A stretch of DNA of 32,000 nucleotides. Source: Methanolobus psychrotolerans. Lineage in GTDB: Archaea; Halobacteriota; Methanosarcinia; Methanosarcinales; Methanosarcinaceae. The translations under genes were made by a program, and so were the position numbers. The notes under the pieces are model-generated. The model was not told the DNA's origin. It was given only the letters and a program-made list of their open reading frames with translations, and did no database searches. Below, in pieces: positions 1 through 8,630 of this stretch (position 1 is the first letter of the stretch; each line of letters starts with the position of its first letter). The DNA is taken from contig NZ_MBKP01000045.1 of NCBI RefSeq assembly GCF_002243045.1, forward strand, positions 10,740 through 42,739, read 5' to 3'.

Positions 1-144
1 TTCAGAATTGAAAGTGGCAATTATGCTTCTGCTGGCAACAACCTCAACACGCCCACCCACACTGACAAGAGTTTTGAGAATTAACTCTATCTGTGAAGGA
101 GTTGCATTATCTGCAACCCTTACAATATGCGTTTCAACAGGCAT
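1..144 (-). CDS. Partial CDS: the first 48 codons, continuing off the left edge. Hypothetical protein and probable fourth gene of the operon.
   Basis: ATG at 144..142 lies 5 nt after the TAG stop (150-152) of the upstream gene. The frame stays open to position 1 (MPVETHIVRVADNATPSQIELILKTLVSVGGRVEVVASRSIIATFNSE...). This ORF is missing from the supplied track because it is truncated. It has a faint resemblance to subtilase-propeptide-like alpha/beta units, which is not verifiable here. Confidence 0.4.
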   Translation of the reverse strand, partial: MPVETHIVRVADNATPSQIELILKTLVSVGGRVEVVASRSIIATFNSE

Positions 145-149
145 TCAAT

Positions 150-1241
150 CTATACCTTCCCGGAAATTGATTTTCTTGTAGATATTACTTTACTCGACGG
201 GTTATTGGAAGATACTGTTTTGACATCCTTTACAGCCCCTGCAATTACAGGCCTGGTACCTGCTGCTTCCTTCCCTGAAACTGCAGCAAACACTACCATA
301 GAACTGGCAACCACAATATCAATCACTGCACCTACGCCCACATACTCACCAGAAGGTACAGACTGTCTGAGAACAGTCCCCGACTTTGAAGAGTCAGCCT
401 GTTCAGTCACTTTTCCGAGAGTAAGTTTTCCTGTTTCCAGAGTCTTCTTGGCAGCTTCCTGAGTCATTCCGACAACATTGGGAACTGCAACGGACATTAT
501 TTTAGACATAACCATATCCACGGCATCCCCGGGTTTTGCAACCGAGCTACCCGAAGGTATCTGGGACAGAACCGTTCCCTGAACAAGACTGCTGTCCTTT
601 TCAATAACCTCACCCTGCACAAAACCTGCATCCTTTAATATAGATACAGCGGCATCAATATCCAGCCCAAGCACATCAGGTACATCCACATAACCGGAGA
701 ACACAGGTTCTTTAAATGACGGTTTTATAGTGAATTCAACCTGGCTAAGGTTATCAGCAGGAATAACATCATCCGCTTTTGGAAGCTGGAAGCGTAATTC
801 ATTATCCTGAACAGCGATATTCGTCCTTAGTTTGATGTTCATGGAACTTACACTATAACTTACCCTTGATGACCCAGTATTCATACTTTCATCCATCTGC
901 TCAAGGGAGTCACGGAATGCCTTCACAAGATTTGCAGAAGACAGGTGTGGCCTTGTACGTGAAAGTTGTTCCAGTTTCTTCTCAACCTCAGCCTTCTCTT
1001 TCAATAGCTCCCGTACCCTGACATTAAGAATGGAATAATCCTGTTCCAAAATAAGATTTTGCCTTTTTACCTGCTCCAGTACCTCATTCTTAGATGAGAG
1101 TTCTTTCCGGGCAGCCTCAAATTCAGATTCTATCGTCACAATGTTCTTCTGGATCAGTTCATAGCTCTGATTTTTCAATGCAACTGTAGTTGACTTGTTT
1201 AAACGTTCAATATTCTGCCTGAGTTCTTTAATGTCGCTCAT
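150..1241 (-). CDS. Coiled-coil protein with two C-terminal PASTA-like domains and no visible signal peptide or TM helix
   Basis: I chose ATG at 1241 (MSDIKELRQNIERL...) because it is preceded by GGAGGGGTGG. The N-terminal ~100 aa are heptad-like and rich in E/K/L. Two ~65-aa units match the PASTA pattern: VDVPDVLGLDIDAAVSILKDAGF..GTVLSQIPSGSSVAKPGDAVDMVMS and VAVPNVVGMTQEAAKKTLETGKL..GTVLRQSVPSGEYVGVGAVIDIVVA. Confidence 0.7.
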   Translation of the reverse strand: MSDIKELRQNIERLNKSTTVALKNQSYELIQKNIVTIESEFEAARKELSSKNEVLEQVKRQNLILEQDYSILNVRVRELLKEKAEVEKKLEQLSRTRPHLSSANLVKAFRDSLEQMDESMNTGSSRVSYSVSSMNIKLRTNIAVQDNELRFQLPKADDVIPADNLSQVEFTIKPSFKEPVFSGYVDVPDVLGLDIDAAVSILKDAGFVQGEVIEKDSSLVQGTVLSQIPSGSSVAKPGDAVDMVMSKIMSVAVPNVVGMTQEAAKKTLETGKLTLGKVTEQADSSKSGTVLRQSVPSGEYVGVGAVIDIVVASSMVVFAAVSGKEAAGTRPVIAGAVKDVKTVSSNNPSSKVISTRKSISGKV

Positions 1242-1257
1242 TCCACCCCTCCATAGA

Positions 1258-1665
1258 TCATTCTTCCACATTCCTGGAAGACGGAGGAACTGATACTATT
1301 TTGGCCTTAAGAACACTTGAACCCTCTACAGCATATGAATTAAGTGAATTATAGGAAGCATTCAAAGGTGCTGCATTAAGGACTGGTCTGTATCCCCTTA
1401 CACGATTCTTTGAATCCCTTTCTTCCTCATATTTCATTGACAGGGCCATTTTAAGCTCAATATCCACTTCCGGTATATGATACCATGTGGCTTCCAGATT
1501 ATATTCATTAAGTACTTCATCAGTGGAAAGTTCAATCTGGGTATCAATGGAATTGCGGTCAAGTGCTCTTTGTGTCTGTGCAATGGACTTACCCATTTCA
1601 CTCAATATGGTTGAAAGCGGACTGACAAGAACCTCTTCAATATTCTCGCTACCAATAGATGGCAA
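1258..1665 (-). CDS. Hypothetical protein, the short paralog of the 203-aa protein encoded upstream
   Basis: TTG start at 1665 lies 6 nt after a GGAGGT Shine-Dalgarno-like site. It shares motifs with ORF 1742..2353: EM..IA..Q.ALD.NSI, IE[LV]KM..SMK, NA.Y.S.Y and a VPP tail. Confidence 0.7.
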   Translation of the reverse strand: MPSIGSENIEEVLVSPLSTILSEMGKSIAQTQRALDRNSIDTQIELSTDEVLNEYNLEATWYHIPEVDIELKMALSMKYEEERDSKNRVRGYRPVLNAAPLNASYNSLNSYAVEGSSVLKAKIVSVPPSSRNVEE

Positions 1666-1741
1666 AGTATTACCTCCTTCAATAATCTATGAAAAATTAA
1701 TCAATGCAGACATTCCTGCATTGATCCATATTATACCTGCC

Positions 1742-2353
1742 TTATTGAGAAGAACTCTCTTTGACCCTGACGGTTGGAATAGCTCTCTCCGGTGGTGGCA
1801 CTGGTTTTAAGGTTGTGCGCAGCAAGCTTGTACCTTCTTCACTGAAAGTATACTTTGATTTATATGTTGCATTGTAGGTTGAAGTATATGCAACATTGGT
1901 AGTGTTCTCGGCACTGACCTTAGCTTTGCCGAAAAGAAGACCTGCAAGTCCACTAGATTTGTAACTTCCACTTATCTTTGACTGGTTAGTGAACTTGAAC
2001 TCCCTGCCATATTTCTTTTCTGTTGAATACTCCATCTTCATTGAAATGGTCATTTTGACCTCAATGATAGACTCGGTGAATTCATAGAAACGTGGTTCCA
2101 GCCCATAAGTTAACAATGACATGGGTTTATCGTTAGTTACCACATTAGTGGCAGTCACATTCCCATCCTCGTCAACTGTTTCCTCTATATAGAGAATAAC
2201 ACTTCCAGCCTCAAGTTCTGTTCCTGCAAGGGCCTGCGCGACATTAATAGAATTTATGTCAAGAGCGGTCTGCCCCTCTGCAATGGCAAAAGCCATTTCT
2301 TTTATCATGTCCCCAAAAGGAACATCTAACAGTTTCTGACCAACAGATACCAT
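1742..2353 (-). CDS. Hypothetical protein, the long paralog and first gene of the operon
   Basis: ATG at 2353 is preceded by GGGAGG. The 203-aa ORF carries the same motif set as the 135-aa ORF plus inserted segments. I do not recognise the family. Confidence 0.7.
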   Translation of the reverse strand: MVSVGQKLLDVPFGDMIKEMAFAIAEGQTALDINSINVAQALAGTELEAGSVILYIEETVDEDGNVTATNVVTNDKPMSLLTYGLEPRFYEFTESIIEVKMTISMKMEYSTEKKYGREFKFTNQSKISGSYKSSGLAGLLFGKAKVSAENTTNVAYTSTYNATYKSKYTFSEEGTSLLRTTLKPVPPPERAIPTVRVKESSSQ

Positions 2354-2566
2354 AAAAAGCCTCCCAAATTTTCGGTACTATATGATACGAAACAATATAA
2401 TTTAAAGACTTTGGTAAAAATAAGATGCATAATATAAAAAAGAGATTTGAGTGTGTCTGCACACATTAAAAATGCACATAATTAATCTAAAAAAATATGT
2501 GATTTTACAGCTTATGCTCTATACCCTGACTTTTGCTTAATGCTACAAGAAAACAATCAGATCCAT

Positions 2567-3769
2567 TCAAAAAGCACATGCCTGGACCATTGCCAATCTA
2601 TTAACTGCCTCGAATATCCGACAGATAACAAGAGTTGCATATGCTCCACGAGGTAGCTCGAAAGACATGACCACTTTCATCATACCCCCTTCTCTGCTAA
2701 GCTCATCCGGGCTGACCTCAAGTATCCGGAGATGTTCCGGGAACACGAGTAAAGGACGATGTTCTTCTTTTAAGTAAAAACCATGAGTCTTCAAACCTAA
2801 CTGAGAAACAGAAATACCTTCTGACCTCAGAACAGACTCATAAGCTTCTCTCTGTTCCGGATGCAGTAGTTTTTTTAAGTTATGACCGGGAAGGGGGAAA
2901 CTCAGGTTTTTGAACTCCTCAAGTTTCAGTTTATCGAGCCTGTCGTAGAATAACAGTTCCCCTGCGACATAATCTATAGATACTAACCTGTCCATTGTAA
3001 TATTCTTTTCCAGAAAACGTGAAACTGCAGAATTCCATAAATAACTCTGGTAAGCAAAAAGAGGGAGGGTCCGTTCAAACTCCGGAAGAAGAGAGAGCGC
3101 ACCTTTGAAGTCCCAGGGACGCCTGGAAAGATGAGCCATACTCCTGCCATAATGATGCATACGCAACACCCTGGCAAGATAGGTCCAGTTACCCCAGTTA
3201 TCCTGGATTGTTCGTTTAACCCGGGACTCCTCCCCCTCTGCTGAAAATGAAGCGACTATCATCCTGAACGCAATCTCATAGTGTCCAAGGAGTATGTAAC
3301 GCATAGCAAAACCTTGCCCGTTACGAAGGCACCCGAATCGCTGTGAATCAAAATAATTGATGATTCCAAACCTGGAAACACTCTCACAACTCCCTTCAAA
3401 TGCCTTTAACTGCGATTGCGGAACCTTACGTATAACTATACGAAAACGATTTCCTTTGACATCTTTCCCGGATAATGGATGGTCCATCCTGCCAAGATAC
3501 TGCAGGGTCAGACCTGCTTTATCGTAGGATATGTCACTACCTTCCACTGCTATAAGCTGCCGGGTTATGGCTTGCCTGTCCTTAAGCCCTGCATAGGAGA
3601 ATTTATCCAGCGGGACCCCGCTGTTCTTTGCCAGCATCCGAAGAGCATCCATAGTATTATACTTCTGCTTCATCAACAGATACACACGCCATGTACCCTC
3701 TTCGGAGAATATCTGCGGAATGTATACCTCATCAACCTGAAAATCGGAAGGAATCGCCTTTAACTGCAT
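2567..3769 (-). CDS. truD: tRNA pseudouridine synthase D (TruD family)
   Basis: 400-aa ORF with GGAGGT upstream of the ATG. TruD hallmarks are present: the GLKDRQA catalytic-Asp motif and NYFDSQRFG. Confidence 0.85.
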   Translation of the reverse strand: MQLKAIPSDFQVDEVYIPQIFSEEGTWRVYLLMKQKYNTMDALRMLAKNSGVPLDKFSYAGLKDRQAITRQLIAVEGSDISYDKAGLTLQYLGRMDHPLSGKDVKGNRFRIVIRKVPQSQLKAFEGSCESVSRFGIINYFDSQRFGCLRNGQGFAMRYILLGHYEIAFRMIVASFSAEGEESRVKRTIQDNWGNWTYLARVLRMHHYGRSMAHLSRRPWDFKGALSLLPEFERTLPLFAYQSYLWNSAVSRFLEKNITMDRLVSIDYVAGELLFYDRLDKLKLEEFKNLSFPLPGHNLKKLLHPEQREAYESVLRSEGISVSQLGLKTHGFYLKEEHRPLLVFPEHLRILEVSPDELSREGGMMKVVMSFELPRGAYATLVICRIFEAVNRLAMVQACAF

Positions 3770-4126
3770 ATGCTACCTCCGGTATCCGAAAAGAGCGACT
3801 TTAGAGAGAACATCATCCATTATTTGCATATATTATATGCACCTGCCATACGCAACTGCCCCGGAATGGCATTGGAGGTCACGGACAATGAGAACAGGAC
3901 CTGGCTAGTAAGGAAAAAGACGTACAGTAGAAGAAGAGAAATAATACACAAACCAAAAGGTATGCCCATCATGCGCTCCATTTTTAAGATACCTGCACAA
4001 TGCGCCATATATTGTGCTTGTATTTAGATGTATGCTAAGGAAACATAGCATAAAATATATCTGAAAATATAAGAAATAGCTAACATCAAACAGCATATCA
4101 AAAAAGATGAAGGATGACCGGCAAGA

Positions 4127-4723
4127 TCATCCCTGTACCTGGGACCTGCCCAGTTCAAATGCTTTTATATTAATATCGATCGTTTTTTGAGGGACCAGTT
4201 CCCTGACACATTCAAGCAGGGTTTCAACAGGTATTGGCAGGTAATTTGAGACAGCACCCACCATGACAACATTCATGGACTGTGCATGTCCTGCCTCTTT
4301 TGCAAGCTCAGTGGCGTTGAAAGCTTTAACTTCATGGGTCTCTTTGAGTTTTAAAATAATAGTAGCAACATCCGGATAAGTGCATAAACCTGAAGTTACA
4401 GTTACCGGAAGTATTGGATCAGTATTCACTATTATGACACCATCATCGGAAAGATACTCAAGATACCTCAATGCCTCACTCGGTTCAAGGGCAAACAGTA
4501 CATCTGCACCTTTCAGAGGGATCATGGAACCAAGTTCACAACCAAGTCTTATGTGATTAACTACAGAACCGCCACGCTGTGCCATTCCGTGAGTTTCTGC
4601 TGCACGCACAGGCATGTTTTCCTTCACAGCTGCCTTTCCTATGATATCGGATGCAAGTATAGCACCCTGTCCACCAACGCCGGCGATGACAAGGTCAAAT
4701 TGGGATATTCCGGGCGCACTCAT
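4127..4723 (-). CDS. iorB: Indolepyruvate:ferredoxin oxidoreductase, beta subunit
   Basis: I chose ATG at 4723 (MSAPGISQFDLVIAGVGGQGA...). It overlaps the iorA TGA in an ATGA arrangement. The sequence shows a pyruvate/ketoisovalerate oxidoreductase gamma-type fold pattern (GVGGQG, AETHGMAQRGG). Confidence 0.85.
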   Translation of the reverse strand: MSAPGISQFDLVIAGVGGQGAILASDIIGKAAVKENMPVRAAETHGMAQRGGSVVNHIRLGCELGSMIPLKGADVLFALEPSEALRYLEYLSDDGVIIVNTDPILPVTVTSGLCTYPDVATIILKLKETHEVKAFNATELAKEAGHAQSMNVVMVGAVSNYLPIPVETLLECVRELVPQKTIDINIKAFELGRSQVQG

Positions 4724-6549
4724 TTCTTCACCTCCGAGATAGCATCGAACTTGCACATGCGGGAACATACTCCACAGCCAGTGCACATGTTATTGATAGA
4801 TGCCTTTTTGGACTTTCCATCAAATTCAATTGCAGGGCAACCTAGATTTACACATATCCTACAGCCCGTACATTTGTCAGCATCGATAGTAAATGGCTTC
4901 CTTCGAACACCGGCACGTTTTGCATCGATGACACAATACTGTCTGGTAATGACAACAGACGTACCTTTATAACTTTTTGCCCTTTTGAAGACCTCTTCAG
5001 TCTGCTGAAGGTCATAAGGATCTACAACTTCCACAAACTCCGCACCAAGTCCTCTGCATAGGGCTTCAAGAGATACTTCCACTGTTTGCTCACCTGTTGC
5101 AGTCATACCCATTCCTGGATTTGGCTGATGACCGGTCATTGCGGTTATACGGTTGTCCACGATGGTTACGGTGATGTCAGCTTTATTATAGATTGCATTG
5201 AGCAGGCCGTTCATACCTGTGTGGAAGAATGTGGAGTCACCAATTGAACAGCATATAGGTTTTTTCTCCCCGGCCTGGTACATCCCACTTGCAACAGTTA
5301 TACTTCCACCCATACAAAGCGTGGTATCAACTGTACCACTCTGGATCCCTAGAGTGTAACAACCGATATCGCTCGGGAAGATGGCATCCTTACCATACAC
5401 TTTTTTCATGACGTGGAAAGTTGCCCTGTGAGAGCATCCCGGACACATGACAGGAGGACGCATAGGAAGGTCGATCCTGCATGCATTGTAATCAAAATCT
5501 TCTCCTACATCAGCCGGAACATCAGTCCTTTCAAGTCCGAGGACTTCTGCAAGGACATCTGCACATATATCGGTGTTCAGCTCGAACACTCTTGGAACAG
5601 GACCCTGCATCTTGCCGGTTATTTCCACTCCTGAACCTGCCTGCTGTGCTATTATCCTGACCTGCTCTTCAACGACAGGCTCCATTTCCTCGAAAACAAG
5701 AACGCGATCTGAATTCTCAATGATGGTCCGGATCTTGTGCTCAGGAACAGGATAGGTGCCTATCTTGAGGAATGAGGCGTTTATACCCAGTTTAATGAGT
5801 GCTTCTTTAGCATAGACAGAAGCAATTCCTGATGCTATGACACCGAGCTTTGCACCTTCCCGGATTTCCAGCTCGTTCCAGGGAGAATCCTCGAGTTCCC
5901 TGAGGATGTCCTTTTGCAGTTCAAGCAGGTGAACATGCTGCACCCTGGCATTCTTAGGGACCATTACCCATCTTTCGAGTTCCTTCCGGAAGTCTGCCAC
6001 AGGCTTTGTTTCATTTACAGGTCCAAGTTCCACATCGGATTTCCCATGAGAGATACGTGTTGTGGGCCTGAAAATAACAGGCATCTGAACCTTATTCGAT
6101 AACTCGAATGCATAGGTTATCATGTCCTTTGCTTCCTGTGGTGTTGACGGGTCCAGACATGGAATAAGTGAAAATTGTGAGTACCTGCGGGTGTCCTGCT
6201 CATTCTGCGATGAATGGCATGAAGGGTCATCTGCAACAATTATTATCATACTACCCTTGACACCCGTGTATGCGAGAGTCATTAACGGGTCTGCTGCAAC
6301 GTTAAGCCCGACATGCTTCATGGTGACTACGGAACGCACACCAGCCATCGCAGCACCGGCTGCCACTTCAAAGGCAACCTTCTCATTGACCGACCACTCT
6401 ACGTAAAAATCCCTTTCCTTCATTGCTGCCAGTGTACCGATAATCTCAGATGACGGTGTCCCAGGATACCCGGATATGACCTGTCCGCCACCTTCCACGA
6501 TACCGCGTGCAATTGCAACGTTTCCCAGCATGTACTCGCGTGTGCTCAT
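4720..6549 (-). CDS. iorA: Indolepyruvate:ferredoxin oxidoreductase, alpha subunit
   Basis: 609-aa ORF with AGGAG upstream of the ATG. It has a TPP-binding GDSTFFHTG motif and two C-terminal 4Fe-4S motifs (CTGCRICVNLGCP, CTGCGVCSRMC). Confidence 0.9.
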   Translation of the reverse strand: MSTREYMLGNVAIARGIVEGGGQVISGYPGTPSSEIIGTLAAMKERDFYVEWSVNEKVAFEVAAGAAMAGVRSVVTMKHVGLNVAADPLMTLAYTGVKGSMIIIVADDPSCHSSQNEQDTRRYSQFSLIPCLDPSTPQEAKDMITYAFELSNKVQMPVIFRPTTRISHGKSDVELGPVNETKPVADFRKELERWVMVPKNARVQHVHLLELQKDILRELEDSPWNELEIREGAKLGVIASGIASVYAKEALIKLGINASFLKIGTYPVPEHKIRTIIENSDRVLVFEEMEPVVEEQVRIIAQQAGSGVEITGKMQGPVPRVFELNTDICADVLAEVLGLERTDVPADVGEDFDYNACRIDLPMRPPVMCPGCSHRATFHVMKKVYGKDAIFPSDIGCYTLGIQSGTVDTTLCMGGSITVASGMYQAGEKKPICCSIGDSTFFHTGMNGLLNAIYNKADITVTIVDNRITAMTGHQPNPGMGMTATGEQTVEVSLEALCRGLGAEFVEVVDPYDLQQTEEVFKRAKSYKGTSVVITRQYCVIDAKRAGVRRKPFTIDADKCTGCRICVNLGCPAIEFDGKSKKASINNMCTGCGVCSRMCKFDAISEVKK

Positions 6550-6665
6550 GATAATCTCCTGCTAGCCCTTACTTAATAATTAGTGATAAAGATATCTAAG
6601 AAAAACAGAATCGTGTTACTGTGTGACAGAGGAAGAGGATTTGATGTTTTTAAAGAAAAGTGATT
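6513..6665. repeat. Direct repeat copy 1: the functional iorA 5' end (first ~12 codons), RBS, 5' leader and a TTTAAAAA TATA-like box
   Basis: Aligns with 7146-7295. The core 6531-6575 is identical to 7167-7211 (45 bp). The flanks are diverged, with a 7-bp indel and scattered substitutions. Confidence 0.85.
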
Positions 6666-6886
6666 GGTTTCATATACCCTTGTGAATTATCAAAACAGTC
6701 CTGTTTAATTTACATGTTATGTAAAGCCACCTTTACTTAGAAGTCTGCTCAACATTCTAAGTAAAGGATTCTTTGCTTAGAACAAAGAATAGCACTGAAA
6801 AATCAGAAAAAATAAATATGATATTCTCATGATTGACCCGCAAAAGAAACATTACATTTATACAGAATCAAAACGGATTAAATAAT

Positions 6887-7132
6887 ATGAGTTCATCAGC
6901 GGACATTGAGAACATGCTTCACAATATTGATAATGAACTGCACACAATCCTCAGCATGCTCAGGAAAAAGAGTACAACAGACCCAAAAGAAATTGTAGAA
7001 TCATCTCTGGGAGCATGGGATTTTGATATTGATAGCGAAGAGTTTGTAGATAAACTCAGGAAATCCTCATGCACCGTTCATGGAAGAGGGAAAACGAGTA
7101 ATCGCTTTTCCTTATTCACCGATAGGGACTAG
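6887..7132 (+). CDS. Small hypothetical protein (81 aa), possibly an orphan antitoxin-like protein
   Basis: This is the ATG-initiated part of track ORF 6833..7132. The segment SLGAWDFDIDSEEFVDKLRKS resembles the G.WK...D.EEF...LR tail common in small archaeal PIN-associated antitoxins. There is no partner gene. The ORF ends 14 bp before the repeat junction. Confidence 0.35.
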   Translation: MSSSADIENMLHNIDNELHTILSMLRKKSTTDPKEIVESSLGAWDFDIDSEEFVDKLRKSSCTVHGRGKTSNRFSLFTDRD

Positions 7133-7185
7133 GCATTTGTATTCATTTGCAACGTTTTCCAGCGCCTGTACTCGCGTGTGCTCAT
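7129..7185 (-). pseudogene. Truncated duplicate of the iorA 5' end (18-codon remnant)
   Basis: It reads MSTREY, identical to the iorA start, then shifts frame through an indel and stops at TAG (7129-7131). It is preceded by the duplicated RBS, leader and TATA-like box. Confidence 0.75.
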
Positions 7186-7295
7186 GATAATCTCCTGCTA
7201 GCCCTTACTTATTGATAAAAACATCTAAGAAATACAGAATCGTGTTACTGTGTGATAGAAGAGGAGGAATTTGGTTGCATTTTTAAAAAATAGAA
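7146..7295. repeat. Direct repeat copy 2: diverged duplicate of the iorA 5' end and promoter region
   Basis: See the entry for 6513-6665. The 45-bp perfect core is 7167-7211. The copy lies immediately downstream (minus-strand sense) of the DGR terminator region. Confidence 0.85.
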
Positions 7296-7329
7296 AGTGA
7301 GGTTGGAATCAATTAGTTGATACTATACT

Positions 7330-7382
7330 TTAAAACAAATTCCACCGCCGCTTTCGAAGATTTAGCCTACTTGAAGCAGTGG
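7330..7382 (-). terminator. Putative terminator of the DGR transcript (hairpin plus T-tract)
   Basis: The minus-strand RNA reads CCACUGCU...(loop)...GGCGGUGG, giving an ~8-bp stem with two G-U pairs. It is followed by AAUUUGUUUUAAAG. Oligo-T tracts are archaeal termination signals. Confidence 0.35.
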
Positions 7383-7486
7383 AGTCTTGCTTTTTGTCCA
7401 ATTAACTGGCACTGGGTCGTGGTCTGGTCATTATCATTGCTCTGGAACATTATCCCTGAACAACGTTCTTCCGGCAAGATACTGAG

Positions 7487-7614
7487 CTGAGAAGACGGAA
7501 ACCGATGTTGTTGTTGCTGTTGTCCGGGTTGTTGTTGTTGCGATTTGCTGACCGACAGTTCCTGGCGTTGTTGTTCCAGCTACCGCCACGTTTGACCCGG
7601 TTGGAGCTACTTCC
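7487..7614 (-). repeat. DGR template repeat (TR), non-coding, 128 bp
   Basis: It aligns without gaps to 9626-9753. On the minus strand it holds 13 AAC and 1 AAT codons in the VR frame. All 17 differences from the VR fall on TR adenines. It begins 5 nt after the RT stop codon. Confidence 0.95.
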
Positions 7615-7619
7615 GATCA

Positions 7620-8630
7620 CTAACCCTGAAAGTACATCCTGTTGAAGATGTCTTTCCTTAGATGATAGGTATTCCCGATTTTTAAGTGTTCCGTGATGCT
7701 CATGATAGATCGTGTGTACGTCTCTTCGGAAATTAGACCTTCCAAAAACTCATTATGTCTCAATTTCAACTTTTTCAGCGCCCTTCTTTTGTTTTCCTGC
7801 TTTATACGAAGGAGGTGCGGAAATATCCTGCATCCGAGGAACGACAATCCCTGGGAAACCGGAGCAATGACCGTTGCTGTTGCCTTGAGTTCCAGTTTAA
7901 GTTCCGTTCTCAGGAAATCATTGATGAAGGAGTGAAGAAGGTGCAATTCCTCTTTTTCGTCTGCGAAGAGGATGAAATCGTCCATATACCTGAGGTAATA
8001 CCTGACCCTGAGAGTATCTTTCACATAGTGATCGAGACTGTTGAGATAAAAATTAGCGAAATGCTGGCTTGTAAGATTGCCTATGGGGATGCCCTTTCCG
8101 GGGATATCGGACTGCGGGGAGTCAATAATAGTGTGCAGAAGCCATAGAAGATCAGGGTCCTTGAACTTTGTAGAGAACATTGCTTTTAAGATGCTTTGGT
8201 CAATGGTTTCGAAGAACTTCCTGATATCACATTTAAGAAAATACTTATTCTTGCGGGAATAAGTCTGAGCCTGTTTTATGGCGCGATGCGTCCCTTTACC
8301 TGTCCTGCAGGCATAGCTGTGATAAATGTAGCTCTTTTCCAGCAGGGGTTCGATGATCCGGCACAGAGCATGATGCACTACCCTGTCCCTGATGTCCGAC
8401 GCAGCTATTTCCCTGAGTTTAGGCTCCCTAATCTGGAATCTTCTCAATGGACGTGGTGCGTATGTCCGGTTAAGGAGTTCTTCCTGCAGGCACAAAAGCT
8501 CGGTTTCCATGTTGAAATAAAACTGTGATACCCTTGCCCTGTCTTTCTTGCCCTTGATAGCCGTTTTTGCAGCGGCGTGGAGGTTATCGAAAGATGTTAT
8601 TTCCGGGTACAGGTTGCCATAGCGCTTCAA
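7620..8630 (-). CDS. DGR-type reverse transcriptase
   Basis: 336-aa ORF with RT motifs: [13 protein letters not shown], the catalytic YMDDF, and the DGR-diagnostic IGNLTSQ ([ILV]G...SQ where group II intron RTs have QG...SP). The N-terminus [26 protein letters not shown] is typical of DGR RTs. The start is TTG, overlapping the avd TGA as TTGA. The gene ends with the tandem stops TAG TGA. Confidence 0.92.
   Translation of the reverse strand: MKRYGNLYPEITSFDNLHAAAKTAIKGKKDRARVSQFYFNMETELLCLQEELLNRTYAPRPLRRFQIREPKLREIAASDIRDRVVHHALCRIIEPLLEKSYIYHSYACRTGKGTHRAIKQAQTYSRKNKYFLKCDIRKFFETIDQSILKAMFSTKFKDPDLLWLLHTIIDSPQSDIPGKGIPIGNLTSQHFANFYLNSLDHYVKDTLRVRYYLRYMDDFILFADEKEELHLLHSFINDFLRTELKLELKATATVIAPVSQGLSFLGCRIFPHLLRIKQENKRRALKKLKLRHNEFLEGLISEETYTRSIMSITEHLKIGNTYHLRKDIFNRMYFQG

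Noticed and set aside
3770-4126. Three 62-85-aa ORFs in the truD/iorB intergenic region
   Set aside because: This is an AT-rich spacer. The ORFs overlap one another on both strands, have no RBS-like sites, and give hydrophobic or low-complexity translations typical of AT-rich noise.
7620-8630. The reverse transcriptase as a group II intron, retron or Abi-type RT
   Set aside because: It has no maturase/X or endonuclease extension and no flanking intron RNA domains. Motif 4 reads IGNLTSQ (DGR-type) rather than QG...SP. An adjacent TR/VR pair with adenine-only mismatches and an Avd gene identify it as a DGR RT.
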